Below, one piece after another: positions 36,952 to 46,384 of a DNA stretch of 64,000 nt (position 1 is the first letter of the stretch; each line of letters starts with the position of its first letter). The stretch comes from Candidatus Nomurabacteria bacterium (GTDB lineage Bacteria > Patescibacteriota > Minisyncoccia > Phycocordibacterales > UBA918). The translations under genes and the position numbers were made by a program. The notes beneath the pieces were generated by a model, which was not told the origin of the DNA, made no database searches, and saw only the letters and a list, made by a program, of their open reading frames with translations. The stretch spans positions 91,121-155,120 of the forward strand of contig JACKGI010000002.1 of assembly GCA_020632015.1 (NCBI GenBank). The letters run 5' to 3'.

Positions 36952-37563
36952 ATGAAAATTGGACCAAAATTCAAAATTGCAAAGCGCCTTGGAGCACCTA
37001 TCTTCGAAAAGACACAGTCTCAGAAGTTTGAACTCTCACTGTCACGACGTTCAAATCAACGTCAAAACAGACGACCAGGTCAAGCTAGCGATTACAAAAA
37101 GCAGCTAATTGAAAAGCAAAAACTGCGATTTACATATGGTATTTCTGAAAAACAACTACGTCGTTACCACGATGATGCTGTTGAAAAGAGTAACCAACCA
37201 GTAGCAGTAATGATGGAGCGAATTGAATCTCGTCTTGATAGTGTTATCTATCGAATGGGACTCGCTAAAACTCGACGTCTAGCTAGACAAATTGCTTCAC
37301 ATGGGCACATTTGTGTAAATGGTAAGAAGATGACGATTCCTTCACACAAGGTAAAAGTTGGTGATGTTATATCTATCCGTGAGGGTAGTCGACAAACTGG
37401 TCTGTTTATCGACCTGAAGGAAAAGCATGAAGCAGCTGCTCTACCAGCGTGGGTAACATTTGACGTAAAGAAGATGGAAGGAGTTATGAAGTCAGTGCCG
37501 GTTTTCAATCCAGCTGAATCACTGTTTGATCCTGAGCAGGTGATGGAATACTACAGTCGATAG
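36952..37563 (+). CDS. rpsD: 30S ribosomal protein S4
   Basis: YGISEKQLRRY, RLDSVIYRMGLA.TRR.ARQ...HGHI.VNG (S4 domain). Confidence 0.97.
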   Translation: MKIGPKFKIAKRLGAPIFEKTQSQKFELSLSRRSNQRQNRRPGQASDYKKQLIEKQKLRFTYGISEKQLRRYHDDAVEKSNQPVAVMMERIESRLDSVIYRMGLAKTRRLARQIASHGHICVNGKKMTIPSHKVKVGDVISIREGSRQTGLFIDLKEKHEAAALPAWVTFDVKKMEGVMKSVPVFNPAESLFDPEQVMEYYSR

Positions 37564-37603
37564 GATTAAGAATTACAAATAATAATAAGTTAAAAACACA
37601 AAT

Positions 37604-38563
37604 ATGTTGGAAACAAATGTAACTCTACCGTCAAAGCCTCGAGTAGTATCAGAAGAAGAGAATCGAGGTATCTTTGAAATCGACGGTCTATATCCTGGAT
37701 ACGGCCACACTCTTGGTAACTCACTACGAAGAATCATTCTTTCTTCACTTCCAGGAGCAGCTATAACTCAAGTTAAAATTGATGGTGTAGAACACGAATT
37801 CTCAACTCTTGACGGAGTAAAGGAAGACGTTATCACCATCCTTCTAAACCTTAGACGAGTACGTCTTAATTCCCACACTGATGAACCAGTTACAATCTCA
37901 CTAAAGAAAAAAGGAACTGGTCCTGTAACAGCGAAAGATATCGACGCTCCTTCTCAAGTTGATATCCTAAGTAAAGATCAACATATCGCAGAAATCACAA
38001 ACAAAAGTACTGAGCTCAATATTGAAATGACAATCGAGCGAGGTCTTGGTTATGTACCACGAGAAGTACATCAGAAAGACAAGATGGAAATCGGGGCAAT
38101 TGCTCTAGATGCTGTTTTCACTCCAATTAGACGAGCTAATTACGAAGTGGAAAACATGCGTGTCGGTGACCGAACTGACTACAACAGACTTCGAGTTATT
38201 ATCGAGACAGACGGAACATACACAGCCCGTGAGGCGCTGGAGAAGTCTATCGAAATAATGATTCATCAACTGAAGTCAGTTATTGGTTTCCAAGACCAGC
38301 ACACTAAGACTGCTGAACCAGAAGCAGAAGCACCAAAAGAAGAAGCTTCTGAACCTGACCAAGAAGTTCTGAAGACTCGAATTGAAACACTTGACCTTAC
38401 TAGCCGAACTCTGCAAGCTCTTGAAGAAGCCAGCATCCGAACAATCGGCGGGCTTGTACGAAAGAAAAAAGATGATATCTTAGCGCTCGATGGTATCGGA
38501 CCAAAGGGATTTGAAGAAATTCAAGACCTACTTGGAAAGATGAAACTGCGCCTAGAAGAATAA
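37604..38563 (+). CDS. rpoA: DNA-directed RNA polymerase subunit alpha
   Basis: [22 protein letters not shown], C-terminal domain with [16 protein letters not shown]. Confidence 0.97.
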   Translation: [319 protein letters not shown]

Positions 38564-38567
38564 GCTT

Positions 38568-38924
38568 ATGAGACACGCAAACAATAAACGAACACTAGGA
38601 CGATCACGAAGCCAGCGAACTGCATTGGTACGTGGTTTGGCAGTGTCCCTTATCCGAGACGGTCAAATTAAGACCACTCTAGCTAAGGCAAAGGAACTAC
38701 AACCAAACATAGAACGTCTAGTAACTCACGCGAAGAAGGATACTGTACAGTCAAGACGACTTGTCGCAAGTACTCTTGGTGAACCAACAGATGTTATTTT
38801 GAACAAATTATTTAAAGATATCGCTCCAAAGTTCGTAGAACGAAACGGAGGATATACTCGCGTTGTGAAACTCGGTCGAACTTCACCAGGACGTGACGAA
38901 GCAATCATTGCTTTTGTTGAATAA
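38568..38924 (+). CDS. rplQ: 50S ribosomal protein L17
   Basis: MRH....LGR....R.AL.R.L...LI..G.I.TT..KAKEL. Confidence 0.95.
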   Translation: MRHANNKRTLGRSRSQRTALVRGLAVSLIRDGQIKTTLAKAKELQPNIERLVTHAKKDTVQSRRLVASTLGEPTDVILNKLFKDIAPKFVERNGGYTRVVKLGRTSPGRDEAIIAFVE

Positions 38925-38929
38925 ATATT

Positions 38930-39289
38930 ATGACTACTGAAACTACAAAAACTTACACAATAGACGCAACTGGAAAGCGTTTAGGAAAAGTTGCAACTGA
39001 AGCAGCTACAGTAATGCTTGGAAAAAATGACCCAAGTTTTGCAAAGCACATCATGGCTGATGTACAGGTTACTATCGAGAACGTAAGTAAGCTCGATATT
39101 CCTGAAGGAAAGGAAGGTGAAATCTATCAACGATACACCGGATACCCAGGAGGTCGTCGTGAGGAAACATTGATTCACTTGGCTGAACGTCTTGGTTACA
39201 GCGAGGTAGTTCGTCGATCTATTGGCGGAATGCTTCCAAACAACAAGCACAAGAAGCGTCTACTTAACAACCTAATCATTTCTGAATAA
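38930..39289 (+). CDS. rplM: 50S ribosomal protein L13 (short, 119 aa)
   Basis: IDATGKRLGKVATEAATVMLGK; YTGYPGG; GMLP.N. Confidence 0.9.
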   Translation: MTTETTKTYTIDATGKRLGKVATEAATVMLGKNDPSFAKHIMADVQVTIENVSKLDIPEGKEGEIYQRYTGYPGGRREETLIHLAERLGYSEVVRRSIGGMLPNNKHKKRLLNNLIISE

Positions 39290-39293
39290 TCGT

Positions 39294-39701
39294 ATGTCAT
39301 CAAAAACTACAACTTACGTGGAAGGATTGGGTCGTCGAAAGACTTCATCAGCAAGAGTACGACTTACACCATCAACAAAGACTGAAATCACAGTTAATGG
39401 TAAGCCACTGAATGAATACTTTGGTAATCTTTCACACCAAAAAGACGTTCTTTCTGTACTGGATACAAAAGACGCTGGTATCGAACACTACAGCATCACA
39501 GCAAAAGTGTACGGTGGCGGTATCTCTTCTCAAGCAGAAGCAATCCGACTTGGAATTGCTCGAGCTCTAGTAAAAGAAAAGGCAGATCGACGAAGTCCAC
39601 TTAAGCTCCTCGGATTCCTTAAGCGAGACCCACGTTCTGTAGAACGAAAGAAATTTGGTCTTCGAAAAGCTCGAAAACGACCAGCTTGGTCAAAGCGTTA
39701 A
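39294..39701 (+). CDS. rpsI: 30S ribosomal protein S9
   Basis: GLGRRKTSSARVRL, GGGISSQAEAIRLGIARAL, RDPR.VERKK.G..KARK. Confidence 0.97.
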   Translation: MSSKTTTYVEGLGRRKTSSARVRLTPSTKTEITVNGKPLNEYFGNLSHQKDVLSVLDTKDAGIEHYSITAKVYGGGISSQAEAIRLGIARALVKEKADRRSPLKLLGFLKRDPRSVERKKFGLRKARKRPAWSKR

Positions 39702-39706
39702 GCTTC

Positions 39707-39731
39707 AAAAAATCCCTTCGGGGATTTTTTT
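39707..39731 (+). terminator. Rho-independent terminator of the ribosomal block
   Basis: AAAAAATCCC-TTCG-GGGATTTTTT. Confidence 0.7.
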
Positions 39732-39758
39732 GACACCAAACCTTTTTCCATTTATAAT
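39730..39758 (+). promoter_or_regulatory. Consensus sigma70-type promoter of grpE-dnaK
   Basis: TTGACA, 17-nt spacer, TATAAT; -10 ends 9 nt before the grpE ATG (near-leaderless). Confidence 0.55.
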
Positions 39759-39767
39759 GCTGACCGT

Positions 39768-40367
39768 ATGGTGAATTTGGACAATGAAAACGATGAAATT
39801 GAGGTAGACATCACCAACGATGACAAACCTGAAATAGAAGAACTTGAATTAGAGGAAATAGAGGAAAGAAGCGCTGACAAGCTTAAACAGTTACGAAAGA
39901 AGCTTGAGCGTTGCGAGGAAGAAAAAAGAGAAATTCTAGAGGAATCCCAACGAGCAAAAGCAGATTTCCTTAACGCCAGAAAGCGTCTAGACGAAGAAAG
40001 AAGCAGAGATAGAGTCAGACATCGTCGACAACACGTAGAAGAGCTCCTACCGCTTTGTGACAGCTTTCAGATGGCAATGGGAAACACAGAAGCGTGGGAG
40101 AAGGCTGATGAATCATGGAGAAAGGGGATTGAAGGTATACATACGCAATTATTGCGATTACTAGATTCCTACGGAGTAACCACTGTAGACCCGCAAGGAG
40201 AAACCTTTGACCCTTACAAACACGAAGCGATTGGAACAGAAGAGGTGGAAGACACAAAAATGCAAGATAAAGTTGTTTCTGTCGTACAAAAAGGGTACGA
40301 GATGACAATTGACGGAAATGTTGAAACCATCAGACCGGCTCGTGTTACTACTGGAATTGCAAAATAA
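39768..40367 (+). CDS. grpE: Nucleotide exchange factor GrpE
   Basis: Acidic N-terminus, coiled coil, KADFLNARKR, FDPYKHEA, GY....  RPARV. Confidence 0.93.
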   Translation: MVNLDNENDEIEVDITNDDKPEIEELELEEIEERSADKLKQLRKKLERCEEEKREILEESQRAKADFLNARKRLDEERSRDRVRHRRQHVEELLPLCDSFQMAMGNTEAWEKADESWRKGIEGIHTQLLRLLDSYGVTTVDPQGETFDPYKHEAIGTEEVEDTKMQDKVVSVVQKGYEMTIDGNVETIRPARVTTGIAK

Positions 40368-40380
40368 TACTTAAAGAAAT

Positions 40381-42282
40381 ATGGCAAAAATATTAGGAAT
40401 TGACTTAGGAACAACCAACTCAGCTATCGCTGTGATTGAAGCTGGTGAACCAGTAATTGTAGAAAACAGTGAAGGTGCTCGTACCACTCCTTCTGTTGTA
40501 GCTATTTCAAAAACTAACGAGAGATTAGTTGGACAAATAGCAAAGCGACAAGCAGTTACGAACCCAACAAACACTATTTACGGCATTAAGCGGTTCATGG
40601 GCCACAATTACACAGATGATGTAGTTCAAAAAGATAAAGACGTAGTTCCTTACGAAATCAAAAAAGGTGAGGACGGGGGAGTGATAGTTACTATGGACGG
40701 TAAGGATTATCGTCCGGAAGAAGCTTCAGCAATGATCCTAACCAAACTAAAAAATGACGCTGAGGCAAAACTTGGTGAGAAAATTACTGAAGCAGTGATT
40801 ACCGTACCAGCTTATTTCAACGACGCTCAAAGAAAGGCTACTCAAGACGCCGGTAAAATCGCTGGACTTGATGTTAAGCGAATCATTAACGAACCGACGG
40901 CTGCAGCACTAGCTTACGGATTCAATAAGAAAAAAGATGAAAAGATTGTTGTTTATGACTTCGGAGGAGGTACATTCGACGTTACTGTTTTGGAAGTAGG
41001 TGATGACGTCGTAGAAGTACAATCTACAGATGGAGATGCTCACATGGGAGGGAGGGATATCGACCAAGGAATCGTGAAGTTTTTGATTGATGAATTCAAG
41101 AAATCAAACGGTGTTGACCTAGCGAAAGACAAACTAGCTTTACAAAGACTAGATGAGGCAGCTGAGAAGGCAAAACTTGAGCTTTCTTCAACTCCAGAAA
41201 CTGATGTAAACATTCCGTTTATTTCTCAAGGTTCTGACGGGCCTCTTCATATGGACATCAAACTTACTCGTTCGAAGCTTGAAGAACTAGCGCATGAATA
41301 CATCGATAAATCTATCGAAATCACCAAGCGAGCACTAGAAGCTTCTGGACTTAAGAAAGAAGAGATTGATGAAATCATCTTAGTTGGTGGGCAAACTCGT
41401 ATGCCAGCAATCCAAAAAGCAGTGAAGGATTTGTTCGGAAAAGAACCAAACAGAACAATCAACCCTGATGAAGTTGTTGCCCTTGGCGCAGCTATTCAGG
41501 CTGGTATCTTCCAAGGAGACGTTCAAGACATTACCTTGGTGGACGTTATTCCACTATCACTAGGAATTGAAACAATGGGTAGTGTAAATACAAAGCTAAT
41601 TGAAAAGAACACACACATCCCAACCAAGAAGCAACAGGTTTTCTCAACCGCAGCTGACAACCAAACATCAACTGAAATCCATATTGTTCAAGGGGAACGT
41701 CCAATGGCAGCAGACAACAAATCTCTTGGTAAGTTTGTTCTAGACGGAATTCCGCCAGCTCCTCGTGGCGTACCTCAAATCGAAGTAACATTCGACGTAG
41801 ACAGTAACGGTGTACTTAACGTAACCGCAAAGGACAAATCAACTGGTAAGGAACAATCTATTCGAATCGAGGCTAACTCAGGACTTTCTGAAGATGATAT
41901 CGAAAGAATGAAGAAGGATGCTGAGGAACACGCTGGTGAGGACGCTAAGAAGAAAGAACTTATCGATGCTCGCAACAATGCTGAGCAGATGATCTATACA
42001 GCTGAAAAAGCTTTGAAAGATCACGACAAAGACGTTCCGGAAGATGTTAAAACTGAAATCAACGACAAAATTAAAGCGGTGAACGAAGCGAAAGGTAAGG
42101 ATGATAAAGAAGTGCTAGCAAAAACTGTTGAAGAGCTCACAACTTCCTTACAAAAAATTGGAGAAATCATGCAAAAAGCAGCCGAAGATGCCCAAAAGAA
42201 TTCTGAAGCCGGAGGAAGTACAGAAGAAAAAAAGGACGATGAACCAAACGTTCGAGACGCAGAAGAGGACGAGAAAAAGTAA
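40381..42282 (+). CDS. dnaK: Molecular chaperone DnaK (Hsp70)
   Basis: [28 protein letters not shown], acidic C-terminus. Confidence 0.98.
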   Translation: MAKILGIDLGTTNSAIAVIEAGEPVIVENSEGARTTPSVVAISKTNERLVGQIAKRQAVTNPTNTIYGIKRFMGHNYTDDVVQKDKDVVPYEIKKGEDGGVIVTMDGKDYRPEEASAMILTKLKNDAEAKLGEKITEAVITVPAYFNDAQRKATQDAGKIAGLDVKRIINEPTAAALAYGFNKKKDEKIVVYDFGGGTFDVTVLEVGDDVVEVQSTDGDAHMGGRDIDQGIVKFLIDEFKKSNGVDLAKDKLALQRLDEAAEKAKLELSSTPETDVNIPFISQGSDGPLHMDIKLTRSKLEELAHEYIDKSIEITKRALEASGLKKEEIDEIILVGGQTRMPAIQKAVKDLFGKEPNRTINPDEVVALGAAIQAGIFQGDVQDITLVDVIPLSLGIETMGSVNTKLIEKNTHIPTKKQQVFSTAADNQTSTEIHIVQGERPMAADNKSLGKFVLDGIPPAPRGVPQIEVTFDVDSNGVLNVTAKDKSTGKEQSIRIEANSGLSEDDIERMKKDAEEHAGEDAKKKELIDARNNAEQMIYTAEKALKDHDKDVPEDVKTEINDKIKAVNEAKGKDDKEVLAKTVEELTTSLQKIGEIMQKAAEDAQKNSEAGGSTEEKKDDEPNVRDAEEDEKK

Positions 42283-42298
42283 TTGAGACAGTGAGTAG

Positions 42299-42332
42299 GT
42301 GGGACGAAGCCGAAGGCTTCGTCCCACTTCTC
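42299..42332 (+). terminator. Hairpin after dnaK (attenuator/terminator, weak U-tract)
   Basis: 13-bp stem GTGGGACGAAGCC/GGCTTCGTCCCAC, followed by TTCTCATC. Confidence 0.4.
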
Positions 42333-42368
42333 ATCATCTGAATAATTATCCAGAATTAATACCAAACC

Positions 42369-43439
42369 ATGAAAGACTACTACCAAATACTAGGACTACA
42401 AAAAGGCGCTTCAAGAGAAGAAGTCAAGAAGGCTTTTCGTAAGATGGCTTCTCAATACCACCCAGATAAAAAAACCGGAGATGAAGAAAAATACAAAGAA
42501 GTGACAGAGGCCTATGCAGTTCTTGGTGATGAAAAGAAGAAGGCTGAGTACGATACTTACGGACACTCATTTCAAGGAGCTGGTGGTGGAGGAGGTCAAG
42601 GTTTTGGTGGTTTTGATTTTTCTGGTTTCCAACAAGGAGCTGGTGGCGGATTTGAGTTTGACTTAAATGACATATTCCAGAACTTTGGTTTTGGCGGTGG
42701 CGGACAACAATCTAGACGTGGCCGAGATGTTTCCATTGATATCAACCTGAACTTTCAAGAGTCAATATTTGGTGTTACTAGAAAACTACTGATTACCAAA
42801 AACAATCTCTGTAAAGAATGTGATGGCACAGGTGCCAAAAAGGGTACAGAAATGTCATCTTGTAGCACCTGTAATGGACAAGGAAAGGTTAGAGAAAACC
42901 GAAACAGCATCATGGGTAGCTTTACTACCGTTAGGGAATGTTCCACCTGTAGAGGAACTGGAAAAATCCCAAAAGACCGTTGTGGTCATTGTGCAGGCGC
43001 TGGTATCGCTCGCACGGAAGAAGAGATATCAATCAAGGTACCGGCTGGAATTCAAAACGGTGAGGTTATTCGCATGACCGGCAGAGGAGAAGCTATGGCA
43101 AACGGCCAGCCAGGAGATTTGTATATCAAGGTACACGTAGAGCAACACGCAACCATCAAGCGTGACGGCTCCACATTGACGTCGAAACTTCCAATCAAGC
43201 TTACAGACGCTCTCCTTGGAGCTACCTACAGTGTCGAAACCCTCGACGGACCAATAAATATCAAGATTCCCGCTGGTATTACTCACGGGGAACTGCTGCG
43301 CATTAAGAACAAAGGAGTACCAATAGGAGGTGGAAGTAGTCGGGGAGATTTTATGGTAAAAGTTTCCATCGAAACACCAAAGAAATTGTCTCGTAAGGCA
43401 CAGAAACTGGTCGAGGAATTAAGAAGTGAAGGTATCTAA
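42369..43439 (+). CDS. dnaJ: Molecular chaperone DnaJ
   Basis: J domain with HPD, G/F region, four CxxCxGxG repeats. Confidence 0.97.
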   Translation: MKDYYQILGLQKGASREEVKKAFRKMASQYHPDKKTGDEEKYKEVTEAYAVLGDEKKKAEYDTYGHSFQGAGGGGGQGFGGFDFSGFQQGAGGGFEFDLNDIFQNFGFGGGGQQSRRGRDVSIDINLNFQESIFGVTRKLLITKNNLCKECDGTGAKKGTEMSSCSTCNGQGKVRENRNSIMGSFTTVRECSTCRGTGKIPKDRCGHCAGAGIARTEEEISIKVPAGIQNGEVIRMTGRGEAMANGQPGDLYIKVHVEQHATIKRDGSTLTSKLPIKLTDALLGATYSVETLDGPINIKIPAGITHGELLRIKNKGVPIGGGSSRGDFMVKVSIETPKKLSRKAQKLVEELRSEGI

Positions 43440-43449
43440 TATTAAATAC

Positions 43450-43485
43450 AGCCCGATAGTTAACTATTAACTATCGGGCTTATTT
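43450..43485. terminator. Bidirectional terminator
   Basis: AGCCCGATAGTTA/TAACTATCGGGCT 13-bp stem between convergent genes. Confidence 0.6.
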
Positions 43486-43673
43486 CATGGCTTTTCCTGT
43501 ATAGTAACGTACCCAAACACAAAGAACGCCATTGAGATGAATGCAATAAACATACCTGAGAGGACGCTTTCTAGATCCGCATTATTTGCAAGACAAATCC
43601 TATAAGAAATTAGAGAAAAAACGACCAACGCCAGGAATATACCTATTAACTTGATGAACTTTGCTTTATTCAT
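43485..43673 (-). CDS. Micro membrane protein D (62 aa; alternative start 43679)
   Basis: MNKAKFIKLIGIFLALVVF.. two TM; ATG overlaps the upstream stop (ATGAATAA). Confidence 0.4.
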   Translation of the reverse strand: MNKAKFIKLIGIFLALVVFSLISYRICLANNADLESVLSGMFIAFISMAFFVFGYVTIQEKP

Positions 43674-43821
43674 GCACATCAGAGCCACCATTATAGATAG
43701 TATATGAATAACCATGCTTCTGGATTTCATTTCTGACAATCAAGACAAAGGCGGTTATCAAAGCAATAAATAGAATAATCCTAAACCCTGATGAAACATT
43801 TTTAGCAAAAAACTTTTTCAT
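43666..43821 (-). CDS. Micro membrane protein C (51 aa)
   Basis: GAGGGAG RBS then ATG; MKKFFAKNVSSGFRIILFIALITAFVLIV single TM; the longer track ORF would begin inside the upstream terminator. Confidence 0.4.
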   Translation of the reverse strand: MKKFFAKNVSSGFRIILFIALITAFVLIVRNEIQKHGYSYTIYNGGSDVHE

Positions 43822-43890
43822 AAGAACTCCCTCGGATGAACGAACTAAAACTAGCCACATTTTGCCTAAACACTCAATAATGTCAATACT

Positions 43891-43923
43891 TAAATAACAA
43901 AACCCAGCAAACAAACTGCTGGG
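43891..43923 (-). terminator. Rho-independent terminator (minus strand)
   Basis: Minus-strand CCCAGCA-GTTTGTT-TGCTGGG followed by TTTTGTTATTT. Confidence 0.5.
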
Positions 43924-43956
43924 TCAGAAGGCAAGATATCATGGCTTAACCAGGCC

Positions 43957-44100
43957 TTATTCTTGTGACAATGGTGATGTGGTTGAATCAGCCTTTGGAG
44001 CGACTGATTCAGATGAAATATCTGTAAACAGCGCCAAGAGGACAGTTACGCAGAGCGCAAAAACAATCCAATAACCTCTACTACTTTGTGCATTAGACAT
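43957..44100 (-). CDS. Micro membrane protein B (47 aa)
   Basis: GAGGAA RBS then ATG; MSNAQSSRGYWIVFALCVTVLLALF single TM, Ser/Thr/Pro tail. Confidence 0.4.
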   Translation of the reverse strand: MSNAQSSRGYWIVFALCVTVLLALFTDISSESVAPKADSTTSPLSQE

Positions 44101-44185
44101 ATCATTCCTCATTCTATAGAAGTGGATGTAGATAATGTCCCCGCGATTATTTTGATAAAAAAAACTATAGATGTCAAGCTTGGTA

Positions 44186-44434
44186 TTAATCCTCGACAAT
44201 TTTTTTCTCAAGTTTTCTTGCCACTTCCTCAACCTCTTCTGGCGACTGAACACACAGCGAAGTTATAACCAAACATACAGCTACAAACGACCATAGAATT
44301 GCCCACAAATGAACCTCGGTTGTGTGTGTCTGAAGGCTATTTAGATACCTGACTTCAGCAACAAGCGTAAATCCTGCCAAAGTAATCCAAAAGAAGAACG
44401 AATGAAAAAGCTTATTTGGTAATGTTTTAAACAT
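44186..44434 (-). CDS. Small membrane protein A (82 aa)
   Basis: AGGAGA RBS; two TM segments, acidic C-terminus. Confidence 0.45.
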   Translation of the reverse strand: MFKTLPNKLFHSFFFWITLAGFTLVAEVRYLNSLQTHTTEVHLWAILWSFVAVCLVITSLCVQSPEEVEEVARKLEKKIVED

Positions 44435-44521
44435 GAACTTCTCCTCTTACAATACCTAAATGCTTTATATACTCCAATATATCGTTCGTCAAATTTTTTC
44501 GTAGTTGTGTATACTTTCCAT

Positions 44522-44947
44522 ATGCCAACTCAGTCTACTCGTTTTGATTTTGAAGATAAGAAAATTCCAGAATCAAGTTTTGCACTTTTTGAAAAAATTA
44601 TTGAAGACAGAGGAAGTCAGTATTCTGTTAGCTACGGAAAGGTGACTGGCAGGGAAGATGTTAAGAAATTTCTTAAGAAATTAAAGACTGATAAAAAGTA
44701 TGCCAAAGCTACTCATAACACATGGGCAACTCGCATCTCACACGATGGGGCAATTTTTGAAACAAAATCAGATGATGGAGAGACTGGAGCAGGTATGGTT
44801 ATACTTAGAGTTATGCAAAAAGAAGAAGTGTCTGACTGTGTTATTTGTGTTACTCGCTGGTTTGGTGGAGTAAAGCTTATGGGTGACAGATTCAAACACG
44901 TACAAGACGCTACAAAATATGCTATTGAAAAGATGGTGGACAAGTAA
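44522..44947 (+). CDS. IMPACT/YigZ (UPF0029) family protein, N-terminal domain only
   Basis: KATHNTWATRI, DDGETGAG, CVTRWFGGVKLMG; ATG 44522 lies 6 nt after a TATACT -10 (track GTG 44507 overlaps the promoter). Confidence 0.75.
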   Translation: MPTQSTRFDFEDKKIPESSFALFEKIIEDRGSQYSVSYGKVTGREDVKKFLKKLKTDKKYAKATHNTWATRISHDGAIFETKSDDGETGAGMVILRVMQKEEVSDCVICVTRWFGGVKLMGDRFKHVQDATKYAIEKMVDK

Positions 44948-44981
44948 CGTTTCAGGTTGTCTTGGTATATATAATTAGAAA

Positions 44982-45467
44982 ATGGACTGGTCCTATATAC
45001 TAAATTTCATTACTGAAATAGCATTTTTGCTATCCGTATTTGGAATCTGTCTAGCTTTTTCAATCTTCAAGGGAAGACAAGCCATTATGAACTTAATGTT
45101 TGGCTTTTACTTGGCACTCTTGATTTTTATTGAATTTCCAAATCACGATGTAATTTTTGGAAACTTAGCAACAGATCAGTCTTTGGCTCTAGCTAAGCTT
45201 AGCTTTTTTGCCATAATTACAGCTCTCACCACATTACTTTGCTATCGAGTCATGCCATCTGAGTTTAGAGAAAACAAGTTTGAAAGCCTTGGAAAAAAAG
45301 CTCTGCTCTCTGCTGGAGCTACAATTCTAATTATGATTTTTAGTTTTCATGTATTACCAGTGACTGAATTCCTGACTCCTGGTACACCTGTTCAATCCTT
45401 GTTCGCCCCTGAAGTATATTTCTTCTGGTGGCTACTTGCACCTATGGTTATCTTGTATGTTGTATGA
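44982..45467 (+). CDS. Polytopic membrane protein, unknown function
   Basis: 161 aa, about 5 TM. Confidence 0.45.
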   Translation: MDWSYILNFITEIAFLLSVFGICLAFSIFKGRQAIMNLMFGFYLALLIFIEFPNHDVIFGNLATDQSLALAKLSFFAIITALTTLLCYRVMPSEFRENKFESLGKKALLSAGATILIMIFSFHVLPVTEFLTPGTPVQSLFAPEVYFFWWLLAPMVILYVV

Positions 45468-45540
45468 TTTTAAGTAAACAAAGGTTTTAATGTTGCCTAG
45501 ACACGAAATACACTGTAGTATCCGATATTAACTTACAACA

Positions 45541-46380
45541 ATGAGCTTACTGAAGAAACTTAAAAAATCTAAATTAGTTACTGAGTGGAACTACAATAGA
45601 TACATACGCCCTTTGTTTACACCCTTACCGGAAGCGGTGGCTATTATTGAAGAAAGAAGAAATAACAAGGAACTAGTAGCGAGAGTGAAGGATTTTCTTA
45701 ATGGTGATATTCCTGAACACTTTGTTAAAGATACGCCAATTTTCTACTTAGCGAGACATATAGCAACACCCAATTACGAAGCTTTTAAATGCTTCGGGAT
45801 GATTAAACCTTACAAATTTCCACTAGTAATTAGTGAAGACAGTGGCGGAATCTTTGTGTCTAGCAACGAGCTAAAAACAGCACTTGGAAAACTTAGTGTT
45901 GTAAAGGGCAGGTCGAACAATGGGCAAGAAATTATAGAGAATTTTACACTTATTGACTTCAACAAGAAACAAGGATTACCTTTTAATAAAATTGATACTT
46001 TACACGGAGAATCTATACTTTCTTTTCATAAAGGCCTTCTTGAAGAAACCCAACTAAATAATGTTGAAGTAGTGGACGAGTCTGATTGGATTTCCAGACA
46101 TCACAGAGACGATATACATAAGCAGTACGTTCACATGTTTGCACTATTGTGCGTGAATGGAATAATGCTCGAATCCTATACATCTGACGAAGTTGATTTT
46201 GTAAAAAATGTTGCCCTACCAGCTTTTGCTGAAATAGAGAAAACCATTGGTGTCAAACCCCTTATAGTTGAACACATATCGCCAGAAGAGGAAAAAATTA
46301 GAAACTGGAACTCATATCCAAAAAAGATTTACCCAGTTATTAAGGAACACCTTTGTCAGCCGTCAGAACAACTTAAATAA
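45541..46380 (+). CDS. Hypothetical soluble protein (279 aa)
   Basis: Long ORF, coding-like composition, no recognisable motif. Confidence 0.5.
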   Translation: MSLLKKLKKSKLVTEWNYNRYIRPLFTPLPEAVAIIEERRNNKELVARVKDFLNGDIPEHFVKDTPIFYLARHIATPNYEAFKCFGMIKPYKFPLVISEDSGGIFVSSNELKTALGKLSVVKGRSNNGQEIIENFTLIDFNKKQGLPFNKIDTLHGESILSFHKGLLEETQLNNVEVVDESDWISRHHRDDIHKQYVHMFALLCVNGIMLESYTSDEVDFVKNVALPAFAEIEKTIGVKPLIVEHISPEEEKIRNWNSYPKKIYPVIKEHLCQPSEQLK

Positions 46381-46384
46381 TTTT

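Noticed and set aside
43666-43914. Possibility that ORFs 43666..43914 and 43485..43739 are one frameshifted gene (pseudogene)
   Set aside because: Each shorter reading has its own start. The upstream long form would begin inside a minus-strand terminator. The ATGAATAA overlap is a normal coupling arrangement.
46268-46384. N-terminal extension of the EamA transporter ORF
   Set aside because: It overlaps the 3' end of the preceding gene in another frame. ATG 46385 starts directly at the first TM helix.
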